Origin: Octopus vulgaris
Lineage: Eukaryota
NCBI GenBank assembly: GCA_951406725.2
Contig: OX597830.1
Location: forward strand, 45,756,001 to 45,820,000
Direction of reading: 5' to 3'
DNA length: 64,000 nt
Below, one piece after another: positions 50,951-64,000 of this stretch. The position numbers and the translations under genes were made by a program. Position 1 is the stretch's first letter. Each line of letters starts with the position of its first letter. The notes below the pieces were generated by a model that worked only from the letters and a program-made list of their open reading frames with translations, searched no databases and was not told where the DNA came from.

Positions 50951-52754
50951 TTCCTAACGCTTTGGCTACATAATGAAATTGCATGGTCATTCTTGAGATG
51001 ATGTTAATTATCCACCAAAAAAATAGTATTGGTATTTTCTGTGAGTCATGCTGAATCTTCATAAACATGACACACCTAAATAAAAGACAGACTGCTACAT
51101 AAAACTGCTTTCTTCAGTTAACACCAATAAGACAATGGTGTATTATATTTCTTTCTAAGTTATCTTTATTATACAATATTTAATATTCAGTTTTGCAATA
51201 TGAATTTACTATATTTGCATAAGAATTCCTAAGATACATAATCCACATAGTTTGAAGAAATTATCTCTTCTTTCAGGTTTCTTGAACAAACAGAGATAAA
51301 CTGTGTTTTTATTGACTCTTATTTATTTCACCACCCCCGACATTTATTTCAAATGCATTAAATCAGCCTCATACAGCACAGCAACTTTCATCATTTTCCT
51401 TTAAAAGCAGAGTAACTGTTTCCATGTAGGCACCAAATATTTCTTTGGAAATTAAAGACCTATCAATTGATGAAGTAAATGAACTGAATGATGAATAGTT
51501 CTTAAAAAGAAAAACAAATAAAGAAACGAAGGCTAAATTTGATAACAAAAGGATGAACCTAACTTACTATATTTATCCTTCAAATTTTCTATTAATATCA
51601 TTGAATACAAACATTATTTCAAGGGGGTTAGAATGTTTTCTTTTAAACACTACATCTAAACTCCAACTGACCAAAATTCCAGTTTATTATATACAATGTG
51701 AAAACAAATGTTTTCTCTTTTGCTTTCACTATTTTACAGGATTAAGTGGCTCATTAAATAAGCCATGCTGACATCTCTCATAAAGTCTCTGACAGCAGCA
51801 AAGTCTGCGACTAAGATTTGAAGTTCAGCTGCAATATCAACATTATATGTAAAGAAACAAAAATGGTTGAGGAATGTACAGCTTTTATCAGAAATATGCT
51901 GCTGACAGTTGTTGAAAAGAGAAGTCTGCTTAAAGCTAACCTCCACTTCCCAGCAAAAGCTGACATAAAGGTATGAATATTATTAGTGTTAGCAGAAAGT
52001 ATAGAGCTACAAAACACTTTCCCTTTTAAATGCTAATATAAAACAGCTGCATATTAGAAATTCCATTGATATAGTGAAACAATTTAAATATAATTTATAT
52101 ATCTTTTAAAAAAGAGCATTTTTAAAAATGAAATAAACCATCGTTAAGGAATATTTTAAAGAAAATAATTTCATAAATTTATTGGAAATGATAAAATGTG
52201 AAAAACGAGCAAAGTAAGCAGATGCTAATAACTAAAATATGACATTTATGTGTAAGAAAGAGAACTCAGGTGAGAAAAAGAATGGAAAAGCAGAAACTGA
52301 AAATCCAAAAAAATCAGGTGAAATCATTGCTTCCAAAAATTGGAGATAAAATGTTCGCATCAGAAACAACCCTGCAAGAAATCAAAGACGAGGCAAACAT
52401 AAAAATAAATTCATTTTTTTATAATCAATATGCTAATGAGGTAGATTCAGTTAACTACAAAACAGACCCATTATATGGATGGCTGGGTGGGGAAACCCTT
52501 CTTTAGTTACAGGCAAGTAAAAGGTTGTAGAATCTAGAACGAAACAAACAATAGTATTACCTGATGCTAGTTGTCATCATCATCACAGGCAGTGATGGTG
52601 GAATTATTTCAACATCAATATTTAATGCTGATGATATTGGTTGCATGTACCTTCAGTAAAAGCAGTTTTCCATGCTTTTAAGTCTCATTTAGCTACTTCA
52701 TATCAAATTTTCTTGATCTATATCTACCTTCCCTATCTACACGAGAGGGTGGCT

Positions 52755-52900
52755 CAATCTGCAAAAATAGCAGCCAAAACTCCTACCATCTTAAAGAAAA
52801 GGGACACCAAAGTTGTCCTTAAGACAAAATGGTCATATCTGGAAAACCTATGATCATAAGTGTACTCAACCCAAGATGACCCAAGGTTAAATAACATCAA
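52755..52900 (+). repeat. Short interspersed repeat family (aaatagcagccaaa...ccatctt...atggtcat...gatcataagt..ctca)
   Basis: Related copies at about 19760-19930, 36690-36830 and 57290-57440, with inverted copies near 5435-5490 and 25350-25545. Confidence 0.55.
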
Positions 52901-55900
52901 CACATAACAATTGCTTTACAAGGCAGTGAATTAATAGGATTGTTAAAGCATCAGACAATTTGCCTTGAAGTGTTTGGTCAGCTTCTTCATGTCCTTAGTT
53001 GAAATTCTGCCAGGGTCAACTTAGCCTTTTATCCAAGATGGTGGATTAGAGTAACTATAACTGGGTTTAACATAAGGTTGTGCAGTATTTGTTTCTATTC
53101 TTTATGTTCTGAATACTCAGGCAAGTGTGGCAAAGTTATCTGTATCTAGCTGGCAAGAGATATAGATACATATGTACGTAGATATGTATGAACATATGGC
53201 AGATTAATAGAAGTTGATCATGAAAAAGCTGCTGTAACAATTCTAATGCATTTTATTTTGGTGAATGCACTTTGCAAGACAAAGGCAAAACATCACTGAC
53301 TTTGTGAAAAAGCATATTTCAGAGTGAAAATCGATAACTATGGTAAGTGTTGGGCTCGTAATAATGCTATCAAAATGTGCTGAGTTTATTTGACGATGGG
53401 AACCTGGAAAAAGGAAAAGTTTAAACTTTGATGTTTGGATGTGTCTATGGTAAAGACAGAAAGCCTCCAAATCACAACAATGGTTATAATTTTTGTGGTG
53501 TAAATGTGAAAAGGCTCAATTACTACAAGGAACACACATGAGAGGATCCTAATTCAGAATTAGCAAAGATGATTTGTTTCGCAGTCAAGGCATTCCTCTA
53601 CCAGTGATTAATACAATTTCTTGGCCTTCCATCTTTAGATTTTGAAGAAAATCATCGTCAGAACAGGGGATAATGGAAGTGTTCCCAAAAGGAACTTAAT
53701 GATTTGATATGGGAGTTGAATCTACGAAAGAGAAGAGTTAAGCTTTTAATATCTTTGCTAAAAGAACTATATACTATCTAAAGTCACCGGCAAAAATAAC
53801 AGCTTATCAAGCGAGGCAAAACTTCTTCCCTACTTCAGTCAAGATACAGTATTTGCATCCTGCAATGCTATCACGTTAACATTATAATGTCTTTTATTGT
53901 ACAATGATAGCCAACATTCATCTCTGCCAGTTAATGAAATATAAATAAGACTATGAAAATATCGAAATAGTTTTATGGTGAATTTCTTGCTTAAGCAGCA
54001 CGGTTGATTTACAAAGTGTTTTTGTTGTCTGTGGGTTAATTAGAGCAAAATAAGATTGCTAGAAAGAGGTGGTGTGCACTTCCAGCAAGGAGGAAATACA
54101 TTGTTCTCATGTACACACGTGGACAACATGCCTGGAGAGTTCCATTAAATATGAATTCAATGTTTGTAGTTACTAATACTAATGGTGAGCTTCAAAATAA
54201 TTTGCCACCAACTTAGGAAGATAATTTTTTGGAAGACTCCATACCCTGACTTAATGGTTCAGACAGCAGCTAGTCACAGACATCAATGCGTGCTAATTAG
54301 CATGCATTGCTGTATATGGTTTAATTAAGGTAAAGTTTATGAAGAAAACGCAAAAAAAAAGGTGGTGAATGAGTTACAAAAGCAAAATGTAACATCAAAG
54401 ATTTCAACACTGTCATTTCAAAGGTACATTGTAAAGCAGGCAATCACAAGTTCAAAGTAATAAAAAAATAAAGACAGCACTCCATTTGTGCTGGTGAAGA
54501 TTTAGTATTGTAAAAGACATCTTGCCATAAAAGTTACTTGCTTCAACAATTCCTTACAATGTCTGAATTTTCAGAAACAACTGACATATATTAATACGAA
54601 TGGGGGGAGGACTCCCTTAAAATATAAGATAAAGATATACCATCCTTCTCTCTTCACCTTTCATTTATACACTGTGAAGTTACAAACCCACTGTATACAG
54701 GTTAGTTGCTTTGAGAAGATAAAATTCTACTGAGGATTGAAATATTTAAAGGCTACAGAAATGAAAATAAATAAAAATTCCAAGAAGAAAATTTTAGAAT
54801 GATAAGAATGTCAAGAGAGTAACAACAGATGGAAGGAGATGTTATGAAATTCTTTATATTTAAAAGAAAATACAAATAAATGGAATAAGAAACTATTCCA
54901 AGATCAATTGTATTAATTCAATAATGTTTAATAAAACTACCCTACTGTTATGAACATAACTAACCTTTCAAGTCAGTCCTGTGACTTTTTTTTTTACAGA
55001 ATCATCATATTTATTCAAGATTGAAACTGCTGATTGCAACAAATAAATATTCTAAATTGTTGAGATGATTAACAAAGTTTTCCTATCTAGATACAATTTG
55101 TTATATACTTATAAAATTTAAAAAGAAAACCCAAAACCATTGATTTGAGAAAATAGAATTAATACGATACTGAAAAATTAGTTTATAACAGATTCTCCAT
55201 TCTCATATTTTCTCAATATGTTCAACATATAAAGGAAGTAAAATATATTTATCACTAAAAGTGTTAACATAATTTATAACCATTTAATATATTGACTAAA
55301 ATTAATAATTTCGTTAGGTTACTATTGGAAAAAAAAAGAATAGAATTAAGACAAAATTCAAAGAATATGTCGAATTTCTAAATGATTTATGAAATGATTT
55401 AATAAAGGTGCTGACATTGTTTGCAACAAATGACTCCTTTCTTCCCAAATAAAAAGTAATATGATTATTGTTAGTGATTTCAATTAAAAAGGAAAATTAC
55501 TTCAAAATATCTCTCATCTACAGATATTACATTGCTGACGAGTTAGAATGATGAAAGAAATCAGATGCTAATGAATACTTCATTTTCAAAACACTCCATA
55601 TTCACAGGAAAATGAATACATAATAGATATTTCATGAAGATAATGAAATGTAAAACAATTTCAATTAAAAATTAAAGTACTGATTATATAAAAGTGTGTA
55701 CACAAGAGATTTAAGTGATAAACACATGCAAAACGAAGAGAATCAAATTTCTAATAAAACAACAAAACTATTCTGTAAAAGGTGAGAAGAGTAGATACAG
55801 CTGGTGAGCAGGTTTTCTTCTACCATAATTAGAGAAGTTCACAATATGCCATGCTTACAAACCAGATAAGAAGAAGCATGTCATATTATGAAGTTTTTCT

Positions 55901-57444
55901 AATTATGATGGCAGAAAACATCTGACATTAGTTAGGCAACCTATTAGAAGAGGTAATGAAGATAAGAAAGTTTCAACAGTGGTTACTCTCTTGAAGCCAG
56001 ATGAGATCATATATTTTGCCTGTCTTGATCATCTGAGAATGTTAAATATTAAGGGAAAAAAATGATTTAATGTAATGCCTTCAATATAAACACATCTTAG
56101 AACATCTTCAACAGATGTAAGTTATATAGAATCAGTACAGAAAATGCAAAGCCTGATTTATTTCACCAATATAAAACAGCCTAAAGTCAAGTTGACATGT
56201 ATGATAAAAGGTTAGAAAGGAAGCCAAACAGGTATCAGATTCATATAAAAATAAAATAAAAACTGACATGGAATGTATTTCATTTATTTCATTCACTTTT
56301 GGTGATTTCTTTTTAACCATCTGAAGTGTGTTTACATCTAAGTGTGGTTACATAAATAGCTAATTCATATTTTAAATGCTATATCACACAATTTTATTTT
56401 TCATGGTCAGTGTACAATTGCATGATGTGACTAGCCACACAGTCACCTTGTACACTCAACCTTGCACACCAAACGATCCTTACTAGTTTTCCTATTGCGC
56501 ACATGACTTCTGCAAAATATTCTCACTTCCACTTGATACAACACAAGTCCAGAACCATTTCCTTTTACTTTCACTTACTTTTACCACACCATCTGAATGC
56601 TGCTACAAAAGCTGTCTAAATATTTAACTTCTATTTGCAGAGGTGTATTTTTTTTATTTAATTATTTTCCATGCTAGCTGGGCATAGCATTGGTATTTGT
56701 TTTTCAATCTTTTATTATCAACTTCCTGTCCCTAGCAACAAAGAACATAAAACATTGCTTCAATGTCTCATCAACCTGAATACTCCCCGCCACCCACAAA
56801 CATTCACATGTCTAAAGATGGTTTCCATAACCACTGTATCCAACCCCCTCTTCTACACTGCTGGATACATCCCTTATCTTACATCACAAATAGTAATACA
56901 CCACCCATCTCTACCCAGCTTTTCATAACCTTATCAGATCAACATTCTGTACTGAAGTCTCTTTTTTACCTCTGTTTTAATCTAAAACAATCTAAACATG
57001 TTTAGTTAAGTTAGTATTAACATATTTAAGGCACGGAGCATTTAAAGGGCTATCTAGAAATAATTATGTGGTGAGTAAAAAAAAATTATATTAGTTTCTA
57101 ACTAAAATGATTTTCAATGAAATGTGGTGAGCAGTAAAATTAATTTATTCTTCACACATCCCTCCAACTGTCAAATGAAAGGTGTAGCTAACCAATCAAT
57201 ATTTAAGGTAACACCTTTAATAGCACATATACTCTGAAAGAAAACTAATAATGCCATACAAAAGATTATCTCTGCAACCGCTCAGCCCTGTAGAAATAGC
57301 AGCAGATTTCCCCTCAGGGTAAACCTTACAGTGTTACAAAATTAAGGACAACACTGGACACTGAAGTTCTAGATATATAAGAAGATATGATTATAGCTGT
57401 GACATCTTTGATAATAGGTCTGCTCAATCAGAGTTGACACTATA

Positions 57445-57961
57445 TCATCATCATCATCATCATCATCATTTAACATCCGCTTTCCATGCTAGCATGGGTT
57501 GGACGGTTCAACTGGGGACTGGGAAGCCAGGAGGCTGCACCAGGCCCAGACTGATCTGGCAGTGTTTCTACAGCTGGATGCCCTTCCTAATGCCAACCAC
57601 TCCGTGAGTGTAGTGGGTGCTTTTTACGTGCCACCGGCATGGAGACCAGTCGGGGCAGTGCTAGCAACGGCCACGTTCGGATGGTTCTTTTATGTGCCAT
57701 CGGCACTGGTATCACAACTACAATTTCCAATGGTTTTTGAGTGATTTCGATTCCGATTTCACTTGCCATAACAGGTCTTCGCAAGCAGAGTTTTTGTGTC
57801 CCAAGAAGGAAAGGTATGCATAAGTGGGCTGGCTACATTCCAGGTAGAGACCACGGGTTATGGCCTCACTTGTCCTGGGTCTTCTCACGCACAGCATACG
57901 TTTAAAGGTCTCGGTCACGAGATATATATATCATCATTTAACATCCATTTTCCATGCTAGC
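57445..57961 (-). mobile_element. 5'-truncated RTE-like LINE 3' end followed by a second very short tail of the same family
   Basis: (CAT)n tail and a 3' UTR colinear with 34389-35035, then a second atcatcatttaacatccattttccatgctagc at 57930-57961. Confidence 0.85.
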
Positions 57962-58657
57962 AAACCAGGCACCAATGACAGACTTCACACATTTAAAAGA
58001 ATTTTTTTTTTTCATGATTTTAATGATGGCATTTATTTTGGGTTTGGATTAAAGTTCTACAATTCAGCTGACAACTTTGCATTGAATATCTAATATATAT
58101 AATTTGTAAAAGAATATAAATAAACAATCATTTTCAATTTTATCAATCACAAAATTTCGACATTGATAAAATACTGAAGTTGAAGTAAAATAAATAAAAT
58201 CGCATTTTTATCAGATAATTGTGAAATCATTAACTCCTTCATTTTGGTAACATTAAAAAAATGAAATCTTTCAATAAAAATCACAATGAATTAAAATTTA
58301 TACAGACTCAATTTTACAAGTCATAAAAGCAGTTAGTGTGACAAATGCAGACTAAGCAACAAGGAAATTAATTAAATTCACTCAAAGCTTTTTCCAAAAT
58401 TAGGTTCTATGAGCAATTAAATTATCAGTATCACATAATACCCCCACCCCACCCACAAAATACAAATACCCTATATTCAATAATGCATTTTTCAGACAAA
58501 CCAGATTGTCACAAACTTTAACAAAATAACCATTTGAGAACTTGTGTAAGGACTTGTGTTCTCAGAAGAGCTGACTGATATCTTTGCATAGGAAGTGAGT
58601 ATGTATAGTTTAATGATGATAGAAGACAAGATTGTACCCTAACTATTGTTAGAAGTT

Positions 58658-58659
<2 letters not shown>

Positions 58660-58696
<37 letters not shown>
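58660..58696. repeat. (GA)n microsatellite
   Basis: Directly visible. Confidence 0.95.
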
Positions 58697-58698
<2 letters not shown>

Positions 58699-60014
58699 AC
58701 ATCAAAGAAAAAATACAGAAATCAAAGGTTTTTGGGTGACATCTGAAAATGGACATAAATTAGATATTAATTCAAAACATTAGACAAAATGATATGTATT
58801 ATGTGAATTCCAAACTAGTATTGTTTGCTATTTTTAATGTTCTGAAGCTTGCCTGAGAGATAAATGACTGTTTTGGTTCATCTTTCTTTTCCAGAATATG
58901 TTCTTGAGACTGGCCTGAAAACTCTATTATTCTTTCCTTAGTATGTTCCTTCTAGTAGGGATCAAACTGTACCCATCTTTTGTTAATAATTTATTTGTTA
59001 TTTCTACATACCTTCACAATGTAAATACCAATGTATCTAAACAAAATAATGGTATTTTGACTATTTTTTAGCCTTTCAACTAACTTAAAAAATAGCTTTT
59101 AAAACATTTAGGACAAGAAATATGAATTATGTGTAATGAAATAAAAATCTCCAAAATATGACTAAATTCAGCCTATAATTTAACTAATTCACCGATTAAA
59201 TGTTAATTAATGCAGTTAATGCCATGAACTATTTTTATGACATCTGAGATTTAAAAAAAATAATAAATAAATAACTGTTACCAAAGAAGAAATAGGATAA
59301 ATAAAAGTCTGAAATCTAAAAGACAATTAAATATATAAGCCTGAGAGAGAAAGCAGAGCTGATAATAAGTTGACCAATAGCAAAAATAAAAGTAAAAGCT
59401 AAATAAAGGAGAGAAAATAGATTGAATAAGGAAACTTAATAGAATGTAGCTAACTGCATTGTTGCTCATGGTAAATTTTGAAGAAACTTAAAAAGAAATT
59501 ATTTTAAGTAGTATTAGAAAACTGAAAATAAAAATAACAATCTCAAATATCAGTTTACTACAACTGCCTAAATATGAAGCCAGCAAATGTATGGAAGTGT
59601 TGATTTACAAAAATGTTATAACAGGAGATACTTCATTTTTGTGCCTTTTTTTTTTTTTAAACTTTCTGAAGACCAGAATTCTGTTTAGAACCTATTTTTA
59701 TAATAGTAATATCATGCTATTATCAAAAATTCAATTTTCATTAGTTTTAAATTTGTTTCACCCAAAGGAAGAGAAACCAAATTGCAAGAAATATTGTTTG
59801 GGTATGAACGAAAAAGAAAAACAAAACAAACAAAATACATTACTATTTGACCGCATTAAATGTAATGAAAAGAACAGCCCAACCTATTTAGTCCCTCTGA
59901 ACTCAATTGTATTTCATTGCAATGAAAGGAAATCCATTTCAGAAAACTGTCATTTAAAAATGTAATGGGATCGGTTTTCTACTTACTTATAACAGAACCC
60001 AATTTACTTTTGCT

Positions 60015-60375
60015 GATTCTTTGTTTCAGTCATTTGACTGAGGCCATGCTGGAGCACTGCTTTAAAGGAATCAACCCAAGGACTTTGTATGCCTTATTCT
60101 ATTGGTCTCTTTTGTTAAAACACTAAGTTATGGGGACGCCAACATAGCAACATCAGTTGTCAAGCGCTGGTGGTGGGGACAAACACAAAAGCTCACATAA
60201 ATACATGTATATATATATATATAAACAGGCTTCTTTCAGTTTCTGTCTACCAAATCCACTCACAAGGCTTTCTTTGGTTGAGGCTATAGAAGAAGACACT
60301 TGCCCAAGGTACTATGCAGTGGGATTAAATCTGGAACCATGTGGTTGGGAAGCAAGCTTCTTACTACACAACCAC
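60015..60375 (-). mobile_element. SINE family A
   Basis: Reverse complement of the 20395-20720 type (ggcttctttcagtttctgtctacc, acacttgcccaaggt, ggaaccatgtggttggga). Confidence 0.75.
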
Positions 60376-63300
60376 ATTGAGAGATTATTTTGAAAGAATA
60401 CACAACAAAAGCACCCAATCTCAAAACAGCATAGAAAGCTGAATATTTGAAAATAGTAGTCAGCATATTTCTTTTTTACATCTATAAATTGCTTGCTCAG
60501 ATTTAAACATTGAATTGTCTTAGCTAACAGGAGTCATTTACACAATAAATTATGATGAGTTTGATATCCCTTAAAGTTTGATATTGCAACCAGTTTGATC
60601 AAGTAGCAGTCCAATTATTTTTTCTTTCTTTAATAATCTAAATGAAATGAAAATCAGCAATGTTTTTGCAACTATATAAACAGAAAAATATCAAATAGCA
60701 TCCCTCATTTAAAATACCTTCATTCAGACATGCAGTCTCTTTCAATGGCTAGAGAACAAGCAGTAGTATGTGAACTGGCAGCTGATGGAGAACAATTGGC
60801 CATGTCTTTAGATATGGGTATGTAATTATGGTTTTTAATATCAGTCTGTGTGTATGAGAGAGAAAGAGAGGACAGACAATGAGTTCATGTCAATACATGC
60901 ACACTCAACCAAACACCTTGTCTCTTGATACATCCCTATCTGGTACAATAAAAGCAGAGATATAAAAGAGTTTGAGAAAGAGAGGATGTATTTTCGAGGG
61001 AAATATTTTATAAGACGAACAGAGTTAATTGTAGATATTTATTTTAATGCATATAAAAGAACAGTGGTTTAACTCAACTTCACTAGGATAGGATCCACAA
61101 AATGGGAAATCAAATTAAATTATGGTAGAACATTCAGTTCAAGTTCTAAAAGAAAAACAATCAAGTCTTTCTGCATATCCCTATTTGTAGGTAATATATC
61201 CCAACAGTTTCCTCTTTAAAGAAAACAGCTGTCACTATATATATACGAAAAAGAAACCCAAATAAGGTGTTATATAACTTTTAAAGAAAATTGTAATTGT
61301 TCATTGTGTGACCAACTATTATCAGCATTCTGCAACCAGCAAAGAGCAATTTGAACTAATTCATAAACATACCAAAAATAAAAATAATCCAAATCAGATG
61401 ACAGCCATTTTAGGCAATTCTACTCAATTTACTAGAATTACAGAATATTTCCAAGATATAAGCCTAATATTTTAGCACTGCTATGTTTAGTTAGATAAGT
61501 AATAAATAATGAGTGTGAGTTCTTGAAATGTAATTAAATAAAATAAATATTTCAATGAGCTGAAACATTTTATTAACAACTAGCAAAAGGCATGACAACC
61601 AGTTAGCACTTGTATGGCGATAAGATATATTAAAACATTATCAGTTAACAAACATATAATATGGATTCTATCAATTCCTCAGGTTTTTCTATTGCAGTAG
61701 TATTACCAAGTCATAGATTAGAGAATTTTAATTCTTGTTCTAGATTTAAATCCACGAAAATTTAAAAGATTGGTGGCGGGAGCTGTATAATCAAAAACAA
61801 CTTTAGAGAAATTGTTTTTTTTATAAATATATTATAATAATAATACTTTTAAATAATGTCAGCTTATAATTTTGTGAGCAATTTAAATTTACTTATGAAA
61901 TTTTACTTTCAAAAACAAAATAAAAATGCAATTAACAAGCCTTCCATAGTAAATCTATTTGAAAGAAATAGCTATTGGTTTTGACGAGCAAGTAAATACA
62001 ATTAAGACTGAATATAGTCATTTCTTCAATGTCCTGTCCATAGAATTATAAGAATCTCCCCACCCATCAAAACCCCTTTCTTAAACCATTTATAGAAAAT
62101 AACTTTCTGAATAACAAATTCAATGTATTAATCATGTAATTTCAAATTTTTGAAAACACTCATAAAATAATTTAAAATTACAACTTCAGTTTTTATGCAC
62201 TCACAATTTTTTTAATGTTCAAATATTAAGAGAGACATTGATGAGGTATAATGACTAAATTAATAAAATGTTAATCTTAGAGGAAAGGATATACTTAAAT
62301 TCTATCATTGGTGCACTATTTTGGTGTATTCTGGATGCATTATATATTCATTAATTCTATTTTATAGCAGGTAATTAAGTTAGAACAAACAGGAGACAAC
62401 TCGGTTCAGTGCCAAACTATTAAACTATTGAGCAGTTTTGAAATGGTAATCTTGTGGAATTTAACAGCCATTTTCAGAATATTTTTTTAAAATTCATCCA
62501 AAGATGAATTTAGCTCAAAAATTCTAAAATATAACACAAAATGTTAATGAATCTTGCTTCAAAACTAATTTATAAGTGGCTATGTTAATTAAAAGACACA
62601 AATAAAAATATAATTATATACTTTATTACGTAAAGTAAACATTTGTTTGCATTACATAATACTTAAGCTAAATTATAAAATGCAATTTTCGTTTTCATTC
62701 AACAACGAAAAAAAAAAAATGAATTAGGTTAAAAAATAATTCTTCTTCCTTTAATTTATGTATTTTTTTTTAAAGAAAGAAAATATAATTGAGCTTTCAG
62801 AATCCCAATATATCATTAGTTCTAATTTAATTGAATTTGATGTGATGAAATATTTGTGACTATTCCAAATAGATCTGAAATCAAAACCTTCATACAGTAT
62901 TAAAAAAAAAGGGTATCTGGACATCTCCACTATTGAACAGCCAGACTTCTTATATTAATTAACAAAGAATTTTATGAAAAAGATATTTTAAAATTCAAAT
63001 CTTCCCTAATTATATAACAACAAAATAATAATAATACAAATTTTAATGATTTTATATCAACTCAACCTGAAACTTGGATGCTTTTATGCAGCTCAGGACA
63101 TCCAAAACAAGTCTAGTGCATTGGCTTTATCAGAATTGATTGCTTAACATGTCTGCTTTGCAACAATGTGTTTCCAAGTTCAACCCCACTGTGCGGCACT
63201 TTGGACCAGCATCTTCGATCATAGCTTCAGGTCAATCAAAGTCTTTAAAGTGGAAGCACAAAGAGGTCGGTTTGAGGTATATATAAGAGACTGTCATATT

Positions 63301-64000
63301 TGACAATGTTCTTAGAATTTTGAACTGAACTCTTTATTACATCAATGGGGATAGAGTATTTTAACAGTCTACTCCCATAGATGGTTCATTCTGAAATTCT
63401 GAGAATCTTTTCAAAATACAACAGGTACTTGAAGAAGGCCAAAGGGTACAATGGATAAAGCAACCAAGATAAGAACAATGTCTGAATATATCCATGTATA
63501 ATGAATGATAATTCCTCACTCTAGAAATTTGAAGAATAATACCTTATATTATTTGGTTCTATCCTGGTTGAGTCCAAGTTACTTTAATTTTCTCCCTTAT
63601 GAGGTTAAAAAAATAAGCACCAGACAAATTATTGAAGTTAAAATGATTGATTAAAAACCACTGGAAGTGGTGACCTACATTCTTATATTCTGAAAAGTTT
63701 ATAGTTTCAAAAATGCTGGATTAATACAAAATAAAACAAAATATTCTTGCAGATCAACAAAGAACATTTTTCTGACTTCAGTTATATAAAGATATATTAA
63801 ATATATACCACTACCAAACTTCAATCTTTGTGACTATATTTATTATGAAATGCACTGTCTATGTGCTTTAATTAACTTTTTTTTTTAATCAAGAATTTGG
63901 AGACATTTAGGAAATGAACCAAAATAATAGTGTTCTATATTTAAACTGGTGCTTGAAACACAATGAATTGTATGATGAAAGTTTTAAATTTGAATAGAAA

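Noticed and set aside
51734-52017. Short minus-strand ORFs in non-repetitive sequence
   Set aside because: No recognisable domain or compatible splice sites.
52561-52660. Minus-strand CAG|gtaata donor preceded by a short ORF (MQPISSALNIDVEIIPPSLPV...)
   Set aside because: Its phase 2 end is incompatible with the phase 1 acceptor at 24382, and it has no recognisable homology.

Overview
This is AT-rich, repeat-dense eukaryotic DNA, not prokaryotic. The RTE-LINE, SINE and MITE families resemble octopus (coleoid cephalopod) repeats, though the taxon is an inference. The window lies inside one large minus-strand gene, an AGAP1/centaurin-gamma (ArfGAP with GTPase-like, PH and ankyrin domains) homolog. 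Three consecutive coding exons of its GTPase-like domain are readable with canonical GT-AG boundaries and compatible phases: 24382-24297, 16192-16051 and 12261-12127. None of them appears in the ORF track. I did not find the flanking exons, so the neighbouring introns appear to exceed 39 kb and 12 kb. The rest is intron filled with decayed transposons: RTE-like LINEs (one with a PHD-like finger), Dong/R4-like LINE remnants, two mariners, a Tc1 end, a Buster/SPIN-type hAT with an intact 8-bp TSD, non-autonomous Helitrons, piggyBac-type and long-TIR MITEs, tRNA-derived SINEs and microsatellites. No CRISPR array, rRNA or true tRNA is supported, and I cannot demonstrate a new biological system. 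The most interesting hypotheses are a 363-nt frame-closed three-exon cassette bracketed by inverted Helitron copies (circRNA or skipping), a candidate poison exon, and unusual transposon anatomy.
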